From NCBI GenBank assembly GCA_002633005.1, contig NMRA01000070.1, forward strand, positions 1,064,474 to 1,128,473: a stretch of DNA of 64,000 nucleotides, read 5' to 3'. Made by a program: the position numbers and the translations under genes. The notes beneath the pieces are model-generated. The model had not been told where the DNA came from and ran no database searches. It saw only the letters and a program-made list of their open reading frames with translations. Of the stretch, positions 38,601 to 50,600 are shown piece after piece; within the stretch, counting starts at the first letter, position 1, and every line of letters begins with the position of its first letter. This DNA comes from Phoronis australis. Lineage: Eukaryota > Animalia > Phoronida.

Positions 38601-41600
38601 TGGTAATTATATATTATTCTTTTGCTTTAAAACTAATAGTGACGTGCAAAGCAAGTGAAAATAGTTTGTTTGCTATAGCGTGCTAAAAAGGGTATATTAA
38701 ACATAACTTTAAAAAAGAAGTGTAATCTTTTATTAGGGATATTTTACTTGGAACTACAGTTACCTCACAACATTGTTACTATTCCAATCCAATGTCAGTA
38801 CTTTCATGATGTATGTCTCCGTATCTAGCCACTTGATGTTACTGTTTTAGGAAACATTTCACATAATGGTGTTAGTAATTTTAATTAAAACTATAATTCA
38901 CCTCATCTTTTGGAGCCGTATTGTAACCTTGTGGTTTCTTGTTGGTACAGTTATTACGTTTCATCTGCATAGCATATCTTCTACAGTAATGCTGGATATT
39001 GTTGCGGGATCCACTGCTGGAAATAGAAATAGTTGGTTCTTTGTGTGCATGTGAAAGTGATTTGTAACACATCACAGCATTTGTTTTTATTTAGCTGATG
39101 TAAACTCTTACGGTGTTCATAACTATGGTAAAAAAGCCACAAGCATTTTTCTATAATTGACTTTTTAAAATTTTGTTCGAGGCAAAATTGCTTTATGTGA
39201 AAAAGCAACTTATTAGTTGAGAATTCGCATTTGTCCTCTCTGTCTATACATCAAAAAGTTGACAGTGTTTCATAATTTCCTAAACCGTGCTGTTTGGTAT
39301 TAACAAACTGTGTACTGTTTTCAGGTAGCAGTTATACATCCCTTGTATCCTCCATACTGACCACTTCGTCTGCGTTAGAGGTATTTCCAAGCAGCACTAG
39401 TGAGATTACAACCACAGCCAAGAGTACATCAACAGAGCCTCTGACAACCACGTCAACTGAGCCAGCTGCCACAACTGGAGCACCGACTACTACAGAGCTG
39501 CAAACCACCACAAAAGAGTCGCACAGTACTTCAACTGAAGCACAAGTGACTACAACAGACCTACTTACAACCGCAACCGAGCATGGCAACACCACAACAG
39601 AACCGCTAACAACCACAATAGGGTCCTTGACCACCACACCAGATCCACAGACACCCTCAACAGAACCAAAGACCACCCCTGCTACTGAACAACAGACAAC
39701 GACAACAGTGCCTTCAACCACTACGACAGCTAAACAAACCACTATTACAGAACTGCTGACCACCACAACAGAATCGCAAACCTCCACAACAGCACTGCAA
39801 ACCACCACAACAGAACCGCAAACCACAACAACAGAGTCGCAGACCATGACAACAGAGTCGCAGACCATGACAACAGAACAGCAGACCACCCCAACACAAC
39901 CTCAAACTACCACAATAGAACCGCAGATCACGACAACAGAACCGCAGACTACCACAACAGAACCGCAGACCACCACAACAACAGAACCGCAGACCACGAC
40001 AACAGAACCCCAAACTACCACAACAGAACTGCAGACCACCACAACAACAGAACCCCAAACTACCACAGCAGAACTGCAGACCACCACAACAACAGAACCG
40101 CAGACCACCACAACAGAACCCCAAACTACCACAACAGAACAGCAGACCACCCCAACAGAACCTCAAACTACCACAATAGAACCTCAGATCACGACAACAG
40201 AACCGCAGACTACCACAACTGAACTGCAGACCACAACAACAGGACCCCAAACTACCACAACAGAACCTCAAACTACCACGACAGAACCGCAGATCACAAC
40301 AACAGAATCGCAGACCACGACAGCAAAATCTCAGACCACCAAAACACAGATCACAACAACAAAGACACAAACCACCACAACTGAACCTCAGACCACTACA
40401 ACAGTGCCTTCACCTACAACAGAACGCCAGACCACAGAAGTGCCAATGACAACTACAGCAGAGCCACTGACCACTACCACAACTGGCAAGTATTCGGTGA
40501 TGGTTTATTCTTCTGTCAGTATTATGGTGCATACACATCAAGCAACAACAAATGTCGCTAGTTGTTGGTACACTGTCCATCTGTTTTTTTTTGGCTGTCG
40601 TCTCGGTATATGCAACCATTGAGCAATCTTGGTATAATTTGTTGCAGATATGGCAGTGGGAGGTCAACCTGTCAGACGAATTTGACTACTGCATCATCCC
40701 TATTTCCCCATTTTGATTGTCTAAAGATATATTTCCTTATTCAGTTTTTTGTAGCCAGATCAACAGATTTTTAGTAAGCTTGGTGTCTCGATACATTACG
40801 TACATGCGCTGGTACCAGTCAATTTTCAAACACATTGTAGCTAACGCATAATCCCCCTGATCACATTGTTTTAGAAAAATTCAACGGCATGATTACGAAC
40901 ATCTGGGCATTGCTTCGTGCACATGATAAACTTTCTGTTATCATCGGGGATTTTAAAACTATTTTGATGTGTCTGCTATTTATGCTGTATCAGTTGTTTA
41001 AGAAAGTCAGTCCTTGGTAACAAAGGGCTCTATTGCTTGAAGTGACGGAATGTAAATGTAGGCCATGTTGTTTTATATTCGTCTGGTCTTTCAGATCCGC
41101 CCAACTTACAGCCCGTCCTCTACAATCCCATTGATGTTATCCGTCCATTCCTTGGTGAACCTTTCCGAGTCCCTGTCCCCCCAGACACATTCCACGACCC
41201 AGAAAATGGGGCCTCGGATAAACTCTTACTTGAGTTGTTGACCGTCTCTCTTGGACGTATTCCGAAGGATTATTGGATCCAGTACAATGCCTCGGATATG
41301 GCTATTTATGGCTTGCCAATACCGTCGGACTTCACTGATATTGTGTTAGACTCAACATTGACATTTGTTCTCAGAGCCACTGACTCTGGGGGTCTGTACG
41401 CTGTTGACGTGATACAAGTAGTCATACAGACAATAAGTCTCAAACCGTCCCACGTTTTTTTCATGGAGCTCAATACAGATTATAGCTCTTTCATGCTGTC
41501 ACGTGACAATGCCGTAAATGTTGTGAAGGGGATAGGCTTGCACTATGGCGACGGTGCGCAGAACTTTGTCGCCGTCTCTTCCATCGAGGCTGGATCAGTC

Positions 41601-42311
41601 ATCTTTGCCTGGACAAACAATACATTATCTCGGACCGTGTGCCAAGTTGATCTGATTCAGTCCCTGCGTAGCAAACTTATCAACCTAGACGGGACAATTA
41701 ACTCTGAGCTTAGTGAAACTCTCGCACCCTTCAAGGTGCTAAGCGCATATCTCTTCTATGAAGGAGTCTGTACTATCGTGTCTCCTAGTGTTGTGGTAAC
41801 TCCTGTTCCGGTCAAGCCAGTGGTTAGTGATGACTCGGACATTTATCTAGTCAGTGTACTTCCTGCCGTAGGTCTGGCCGTCATCATGTTGTTGGTTGCA
41901 GTGCTGTTATTTTTACTGTACAGACACAGACGGTCTGGTCACAAGTACGTGGCTAAAGATGAGAAACAGGCATACACGAAGAGTCGCACGCCGGCGATTT
42001 TACCGCAGGAAAAAATGGAGATGCACGACGCCATTTCACCAAAGAAGTCCCGTCCTCGTGGACCGACAATACTAGACACGGATCTGGATTTCGGCATGGG
42101 TGATGATAAGAGACCACTGTACGACGATCGTCCAGCACCACCCAGGTATCAGTTGCCTCATAATGGCGGTTATGCAGATTTGTTTGATCAATTGGACGCG
42201 GCAACCCTCAGTCCCCCGCCATCGTATCGCAGCGAGGCCACTTTCAAGCCTCCACCTATTTACAGACTTCCACCATCTTATCTCCAATTCCCGTCCGAGT
42301 CTCACGTGTGA
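35455..42311 (+). CDS. DAG1: Dystroglycan homologue, about 1272 aa; join(35455..35667,37160..38387,39325..40485,41095..42311)
   Basis: Signal peptide, cadherin-like domain (LPSWLHY..TLQGVP), furin site RARR|QAIGTPVPTP, mucin region, second cadherin-like domain, SEA site G|SVIFAWTNNTL, TM helix, basic juxtamembrane stretch and PPxY tail. Intron phases 0/1/1 are consistent. Confidence 0.9.
37160..38387 (+). CDS. DAG1: Dystroglycan, coding exon 2
   Basis: TTTTTAG acceptor and A|GTAAGT donor. Encodes the N-terminal domains, furin site and Ser-rich tract. Confidence 0.9.
39325..40485 (+). CDS. DAG1: Dystroglycan, coding exon 3 (Thr-rich mucin exon)
   Basis: TTTTCAG acceptor; open frame of TEPQTTT repeats; inferred G|GCAAGT donor. 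Confidence 0.75.
39770..40405 (+). repeat. Coding minisatellite with a 21-24-bp unit (ACAGAACCGCAGACCACCACA), encoding TEPQTTT(T)
   Basis: Directly visible, with a higher-order duplication of the EQQTTPT.PQTTTIEPQITTT block at about 39873 and about 40134. Confidence 0.95.
41095..42311 (+). CDS. DAG1: Dystroglycan, coding exon 4
   Basis: CTTTCAG acceptor; (D)PPNLQPVLYNPID...GSVIFAWTNNTL, TM helix, PPxY motifs, TGA. Confidence 0.92.
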
Positions 42312-44562
42312 TGAAGTGACCGGAGTACTTATCAATGGCTGATCTCAAAAATTAAATTGATACGAAATACAGGGAATCTGTGCTATTATAAAGTAGTTTT
42401 TAACTTAAGGTGCGTGTCATTTTAGACAGAAAGCTAAGTGATATTTACCGATTATGAAAGTATAAAATGTGGCGTACCGTCTGCATTTACCACATTATTG
42501 TTCCTGTATTCGAACAAAGAAGACCGCCCCTCCGTGCTTGAATTTTGGATCCGATATGCAGTTTCATTCCTCTTTGAAAAATTGTTAAAAGGCACACGAA
42601 ATTTCCTCTCCATCAGGCCCAAAATTTTCATTCAGTATCATTTGGTACTACTTAAAACGTTTTCATTAATGTGTGAAAGATTAAAAATGACATTAGTTTT
42701 CATTTTGTCCGTAGAAAGCATGCCTACAGGCTTTGTTGAAGTTGGCCATGTAAAATGTCCTGCTGAATTTTATTAAGAGTTGGCTCACTGTATGAAGTTG
42801 TCTTCTTGAAAGCGTTGATTGCATGCTAACACTTTAAAGTTATTTTTGAAGATGAAATTGTTAACTATGCAACTGTAAAGTTTTATAGAAGTATTGTCCT
42901 TTCTTCAAATTCTTTTAAAAGGTTTGTTTAGTTTATTGGTGAAATTCATTATAAAGTGGATTTTTGGAAATGCCAAGTATTTTTTTACTGCAATCAAACT
43001 GTTTTATGTCATTCTACAGGTATTGCAGTCTTACCTTTACCTAATCAATTTTTGAACTCTGCAGTTGGCTTGGGATTAAGTACATGTAGAACATCTTAAA
43101 TGAGTGAACGCCATTATATCAGGTTTGTTGTAACGTAGTTCCACGTTTTTGTATGGGTGTATTATTGTAAATTTTTGTTCAAAATTTTAAGTTGTGTTAG
43201 CATTGTTGTTGATTAGTGATAACTGGTTGGCAATAACGAACATTTAACTCATTCAGGTTAAAGCCCCATGCAATGCCACCTTTTGAGAACATTATTTCGG
43301 GTCATGTTTTGGTGGTGTCCATTAGTTTTGCCAATTACTGTCCTTGTCACATGATAACGGAATGAACTTAATGCTTCATTAGAAATATCTGCCACCACTA
43401 ACTTGATTTTCCTCTTTAATTCTGAGTGATTGGAATGACCAATGACATAAGAAGAAAATTTTTCTGGTGATGTATCATTCCACAAATAGGCTTGTTAGAA
43501 AGAAATGTTTTTGTGTGGAAAAATTAAACTGAAATGAACATTTCTGCATGAATAAAGGCAAAATAATGATGAAAAAGAAACGAAAAAAAAATGAAACTGG
43601 AAATCGAATAAGAGGAAATTGAAGCCATACGAGATTCATTTAGAAGAGGAAAATTCCAAACCCTGTTCATTTAGCAGTTTTGATCTAAATAGCGCTGCAT
43701 GGGTCTTAAAGCTCCGAACAATGTTCAATTTGTGTGCATTACAAAAGCTCTGCTGCATCTGTTGAGTTATGTTGCATCAAGTGCAGTTCAAACCATTGAA
43801 ATCTCATCTGAACAAAGACCTTTACCAAATTTTTTTTTTTGAAATCTCATCTGAACAAAGACCTTAGTAAAACGATTTTTATACATTATTTATTAAATAT
43901 TTGTAGTGTATTGTATTGTTAGCAAAGTGATTGTATTGTTACAGTAGTTAGTGTTAAATACAGGTGAATTGTAAAAAGTGCTTGCTTCGTTGCCCATTTG
44001 GCGTGACGTTTGGCAAGTTAGCTTATCTGTTATTGAGGGTTAAACAATTTTTGCTTTGTATTCAAAGAGCTGTTGGGTAAATGATAAATGTTATGTATTC
44101 ATGGAATAAGTTCACAATTCTTGTGTTCTGTTGATACCAAGGGCAGTATCTCTTGTGCATTGTATTGAAGAAAATAGAAAATATTGTGGCTGGAACATTG
44201 ATTTCATTTTTTCAAACATCAGCTCAGAAATGTGAAGACATTCTTCCTGCTCCAGTTTGCCAGTTTAACAGTCTGCAGTACATACCAAAATAATAACTCC
44301 AGCAAAACCACGCGCCATTCCTCATCATCATTCACGCAGCATTCCTCCGTATGTTTCCCAGTCAGTGTAGCAGTAGGTGGATTAAGGGGGAACTTAAGTT
44401 GTGCACAATTATTTCTGGCATGTACTTATTGTGAGCAAAATTCAAATATCACCTTAAAAATCAAATCAATGATTTTACAATAAATGTACAGACTTCAGTT
44501 TACATGATCAAAAGCCATAGTATGTGCATTGCACCTTCCAAATGCCCTAACTGTAAATGTCA

Positions 44563-44687
44563 TCATGACAGTGTATCGTGTATTTGGTCGAAGCTTTCTT
44601 CTAGACACTCAAGGTAGCCCGTCACGTCCCTTGCTGGGGGGTAACAAGTGGCCACACAGCCCAGTCGGTCATCCTCTGCACTGTAGC
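44563..44687 (-). CDS. CPT2: CPT2, coding exon 14 (last)
   Basis: [17 protein letters not shown]...IHDTLS*. Confidence 0.85.
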
Positions 44688-47600
44688 CTGAAAGGTAGAC
44701 ATTGCATGATGGGGAAAAATTGTTATCCACAACGGAGAGCCGATAGAACAGAAGAAACGGTTCTATTTATACAATCGGACAGAATGCAAACATGGAAAAA
44801 TAAGGGTCTTGGGGTATCTACATGTAGTTACTACATGTATGGATGCAGCTACATGTGGCAGGACCCTTCCTTTACTCTACATGTATCTGGCCAATTCCAA
44901 ATTCATCACTGCGTCGTCAGCTATATTCAACTGTAGATGTTTTCAAAACGGGTTTCAATTAAATTGCTTCTACTAAAAAAGTTCAGATTAATTTTGAAAT
45001 GGTTCAGTTTAATTATTTTTCGTCTTTTCCCTCCTGGGTTTTTCCAAATAACTGGGGCAAAGGCAGATGTGCTTTGACAAACTTTATCACCTTTCTTGAA
45101 AACCACATGAAGCACTCTGATGGTACACAAATATCAGATAAGGAAATTAAAAGTAACATTAAAAACAAACTGGAGAATACAATAGCAGAAGTCTGCCCAA
45201 CTTTGCCAAATTTTATGCAAGAATTATTTGGCACTCAGATAAAATTTGTCACATAAAAAGCTATTGGTTATCAACAAAAATGACCCGAGAATATAAAAAA
45301 CATGTTATTGCTGATGGGACTCTTGTCTGCTTGTAACTGTATTTGGAGTCATTCAATCCTTACAAAATTACAAACGAATGTAATTAAAATTAAGATGTGT
45401 ACCAAGTCCATAGCCATTGGGTGTGACGGCAGCGAATCCACCAATCAGAACAGCTGGGCTAGACAGCGTGGACGTGGACATGATAATATGATTCATCTTA
45501 GTATAGGCTGGGTCGTGGTAGAAGTCAGGCAGGGTCTCTCCATGCAGATTGGCATAATATTTCATGGCAAAGAGGTGACGGTCGAATCCCTGGCCTGTCA
45601 TATAAACACAAATTAGTATAACCACAAAAAATTGAGCTGATGTTAAAAGTAAGTTAGGACAGGGTGTATCCAAAAATGAAAAGAATAGACAAAGCCAAGC
45701 AAATGAGTTTTAAGCCTAGACAGCAAAGACTTGCAATGGACGAGCATCATTTTTGTTAAAAAAGGTGAACATAGAGATACTATATACATACCAGGTGCTG
45801 TCAGAAAACAAGGTTTGATTTAGGCTACATGCAGTCAAACTTATTTGATACTCAGAATAAAGAGGACTTCTGAGGAAGAACTGACATTTTGTTATTGGTC
45901 AAAACATGCTGGGTGCACACAATGGCCAAATGGGTCCCTACAACTTGTCGAGTCTAATCTCAAACAATAACGAACTGTCAGACCTTCCAAGCCCAGATAT
46001 TACGTCTAATCTAAGCAAGGAAAAAGTTGAGATCAATGTTTAACAGTAAGTGACCCAAACCAAGTTTTTACAAATACAGGACCCGAGGCATTGTACACCA
46101 GTCTATCTGGACACGGCTTTTCACTGCCAAGTTTTCTGGAACTGCATCCCAAAAGTCATTTAAATTTTAATGACACCTAGAACTTAGATTTTGCAGTCTG
46201 ACACTCAAATGCTCTAAAATTGTTATTTTTTCCGTCAGACTTATTCAAGAACTTTCAAGATAAGACGCACATACATGTACAATACAGTGTATCATACATT
46301 GATGGGTGGATTCACCGGGTAAAGTACTCAAGATTTCTGGTGGAAAAGCACTATTAACAGTCAATGAAGGGTTTGTCATGTAGGTTGAAATACATACCCT
46401 CACTGATCCTGCCGCACACCGTGTATCATGTCTGACATTTCAAATTCCAAATCAGAATCTTTTCAAATTTGAGTCAATTAAACGGTGATAATGGACATTT
46501 TAAAACCACTTGATCACTTAAAAAAGTGGGAAAAACTAAAAAGTCTACTAGGGGTCCTGCCATCTGGTGTCATTATACTGAAATTATCACCCATAAACTA
46601 TAGAATTAACTATGTCAAGAACGGGCAAGTACCCAACTTATCGAATGGCACATTTGGCAGTGAATGGGTAAGTTGCTGGAAATGGCGCTAGGTAGTAAAT
46701 GGGAAAAAAGTTTGCACTGCAGGTATTTCATTTAAAGAGAGCAGGTGCACGTAGTTTCAATGATATTCAATGGAAATACTGGGATCATCCTTGTTTCAAA
46801 TGTATGCAATTATATTTCATAAAAATCGCACCCATTGCAGCATTCTTGGTCAAGTCTCCATGCTTTATTGAGCACTTTTTCATCGCCTCGCGCCGTTCCT
46901 CTTTTGAAGCATCTTTCGTGAAACACTGTACAGCAGCATTGGTCTCCAGTGTGGCCGGTCGTATAGTCTCTGTTCGGCCATGTTTGAAGGCTGCCGTGCT
47001 ACACGACTCGTATGTTGCAACAGTTTCGCCATGTTGTTTGAAGAACGCCAACTAAAAAATGGTAGCAATCGCTTACAGAATAAAACCCATAATTTTGGAA
47101 ATTCTACAAAATAAAGAGAAACGCGTGCCTCTGTCTACAGATCAGTTCCGAAGTGGTCAAAATAGTAATCCCTTAACAAGTGCATATCATTTGCATCTCC
47201 TTGATGTAGATAACAACTGCAAGTCTCAGAAATTTTTTGAGAAAAAAGCAATCAAGTTAATGTTAAACTATATAAAAATGCGCCAGGCTACAAAACCCTC
47301 CTGAGCCTTCTGATAATCAACTCAGTTTAAACAGCTATAAAGGAAAACATGGAAATAGCTTCTAAATTATGGAAATTTAAACACTTAACCTATTAACCTG
47401 AAGAGGAAAACAAAAACCTTGATTAAGAATTTGTATAGTCTGTAGAATACATAATGAAATTTTCCAGATATAATCCCATCCTTTGTCAACAGCAACAGAA
47501 ATAAAGTAAAATCAAACACAAATGACAAATGACATCAGATATTTGGCGTGATGAACATGATAGATTGTTGCGGAAAAAAGTAAAAGTTATAACTTAAGAA

Positions 47601-50600
47601 GTCTTTATGTATAATCCGTAGATAGATAAGGTTTAATCCATAGATACAAAAGCTAAAACCCAATGGATTAAACACAGACTTCTTAAATTATATCCTTAAT
47701 TTTTTTCTCGCAATAAACTATCATGTTCATTACACCAAATATCAGATGTCATTTGTCATATCGTGTTTGATTTTACTTTATTTCTGTTTCTGTTGACAAA
47801 GAACGTGATTATATCCAAAAATTTCAGTTGATCCATTATTGTTGTTTTTATTTACCTATACATATTCTATATTTCGTCAAACAATAGTATCCTTCAGAGG
47901 ATCTGAATCGCCTCAGATTTATTTTCTACGTTACACTTGGTCTAAAACAGAAAACGTGGGAAAACGGCAAATCACCTGCATAGCCAGCTGCATAACAGAG
48001 TCTGGGCTAAGCTTCTCTTTCTTGATCAAGTTCTTGCCAAATCTTTTGTACTCTAAGAAGTTCAGACCTAACGTACTGACAAATTTCCGCGTGTTCTCCT
48101 GAGCGGACTTGATGGCAGATTTCAAACCGTCGTTCAGCTGGAAGTCTGTAATTACCCAAGATGCACACCATGGTTAGGTCACACTGTTCATGAATAAATG
48201 AAGCCTGGGGGCTGTTTAACACAGTCTATTGTCTGAAAATCAGTCAACAGACGTCTTACCTGTTTCACAAAAACAGGCCAAGGCTGAAGGTCAGAAAATA
48301 TTAACTGGAAGTCAGAAGACAGAAATCTGTAGTCTGCTTGACTAGACAGATGACAAAACATTTCGAGATATGTAAAAGACGAAAAACTGCTTGTGGCTAT
48401 TCGAAGTAACATTTTTGACTTTTGGCTAAAGTCAAAAGACAGAAGCCAACAGTCTCTAGAACAACATTGAAAACTGAGGATTTGGGTAAGCGAGGAGTAA
48501 AATGAACATGAAAACAAGAAGGTGAGATAACCAACAAACAAGAAGGGGAAATAACCAACAAACAATAAACAAAAAACATCACAACTCAGTCAGCAGTAAT
48601 TTATTCAGGCATTTCTCAGGTACTGGTCACCCAGCTGTTGATTTTAGTATCAATACCCCCACCGCAATGAAAAACTATCCCTCAAACAATCTATAAACAT
48701 AAAAAATGATCGAGCTCACTCTTCACTGGATACTAACCAGGAGCCCGTTCCAAGAAAACTGGCTCAGCTAAGACAAAGCTTAAATTTAAGCCAATTTTAA
48801 GATAAAACTTCAATTTGACTGAAGTCCGTTTTAACAATTCAAAGTGATCATAAGTTTGACTTTAGTTTCTGACTTAAATTCGACTAACTCACCCGATGTG
48901 GAAGTTTCAGTTTGGAAGTTGAGAAAAATCTTAGACTTAGTAAAAATGAACTTAAGTCAGTCTCTTGGGACGGGCCCCAGACCTCTTTCAGCCAACTGCT
49001 TGTATTCTCTTGTGGTGTACTAGTGTCGTTCATCTGACTTATTAGCTGAACACTGAGTTTTACCAGTACTCACTCTGAAGATGCTTTGTAGCACGTAAGC
49101 GAAATGGCATGTCAGGAATCTGTTCGTTATCATGCTTATTTTAAAATTCTTAAGAAATAGTAAAAACAACTTGAACATGAACTCTAGCTTCTTAAGGGAT
49201 TAAAGCCTTGAATGTGATGTAACTCACTTACAGAGGAGGCAGTGTGGCCTACTGGGATAAGTGTCCTTTACTCAAGAAGGTCGTGAGTTTGAGTCCCACT
49301 GGGGCACATTGCTAGGCTCTAGCTCCTTAGTTCGATAAAAATGGTTTCGGGTGATCAGTGCAATGGGCCCACTTGAGCGACCTGTGCACGTCTAGGGCAA
49401 CATGTACCACACCAGCGCATGTCTGGTACAACGTGTGCCAAACCACTTCTAATTATTTTTTAACTCTGACACTTAGAGTGCCTTTCTCAGATTAGAAATG
49501 TCTTTGGCTCAGGAAGAACTGACAGTCCATTATTGCTTCTGAACAAACTGAATACATTGGCTGGTCACAGCAGGTCATTAAATTCTGTGAGGATGTTCTT
49601 GAGCAATAGAGACCAGTCAGTTGTTTCCTAGAAATCACATCTCATCAGAGTAAGAGACAAACTGAGGTAGGGTTAATAGCAGTACGCAAAACGTTAGTTA
49701 CTTTAATGGAAGTTGGTCTATGCTAAGTAAAGACCACCGTTATGCACTCGCACTGCAGAATGAGTATCCCGATTTTACTGACCGGCTAGTCGGGATACAT
49801 CGATAGCAAGGCAAGAAAGTTTGCAAACCAATGTTTACATAGTCCAGGCCTCTCATTGTCTGCGTTCATCTGATAAGCTCACATAATCCAGTGCTTACGG
49901 TATGTTGTAAATAGCGCGCCTGATGACAAACGATATTTAAAAATACTATTTCCAAATGAGGTTCAACAAATGTTGTGAAGATATGTTTTTTTCTGAAATA
50001 CTATCACCAAAAAAACTTTGAATGGAGAAAAACAACTAACTTTCATAGAAATTAGACTTAATTTTCAATGGCTGATTCCTTTCTGTGACAGTAACCTCTG
50101 ACCTCCTTACTACCACAGCCTTGTGTACCAACACAATAGGCTTGTTTGTCAAGTTTAATAGAACATGATTCTAGATCAGATCGTGATATTGGAAATTTCT
50201 TGGTTTTAACAGTCCAGGCAAATGGTACGTAACGTTTATATTTATCTTACCTAATCTTGTGACACAACTGTCACTGTCAATATTGCTAGGTTTGGTGTCA
50301 GGGTGAATGCGTGGCTTCTGTGTGGAATCCTTGAAAACTTCATTAAAGAACCTGAAAATCAAAAAGATGTCAAGGAAGAAACCTAATTAAAGGTACTACT
50401 CTCAGATAAATTACAATTTTTGGATCTTGTTTCTCAATGGTAAGGTCACTACACGCATGGCTTAATGAAACATTCCATGAACAATGCTTTGGTTAAAATT
50501 GAAAGAAAAGTATATTGGCATGATATGCAACCCTGCCATATACAGTGCTGCCCACTTAATGTCGTACTCTCGCCTTCGATGAAAATTATAAAAGCGAGAT

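Noticed and set aside
39332-40370. Val-rich and Cys-rich minus-strand ORFs
   Set aside because: Antisense shadows of the Thr-rich dystroglycan minisatellite.
43797-43866. Direct repeat TGAAATCTCATCTGAACAAAGACCTT around a T-run
   Set aside because: Simple local duplication with no evidence of function.
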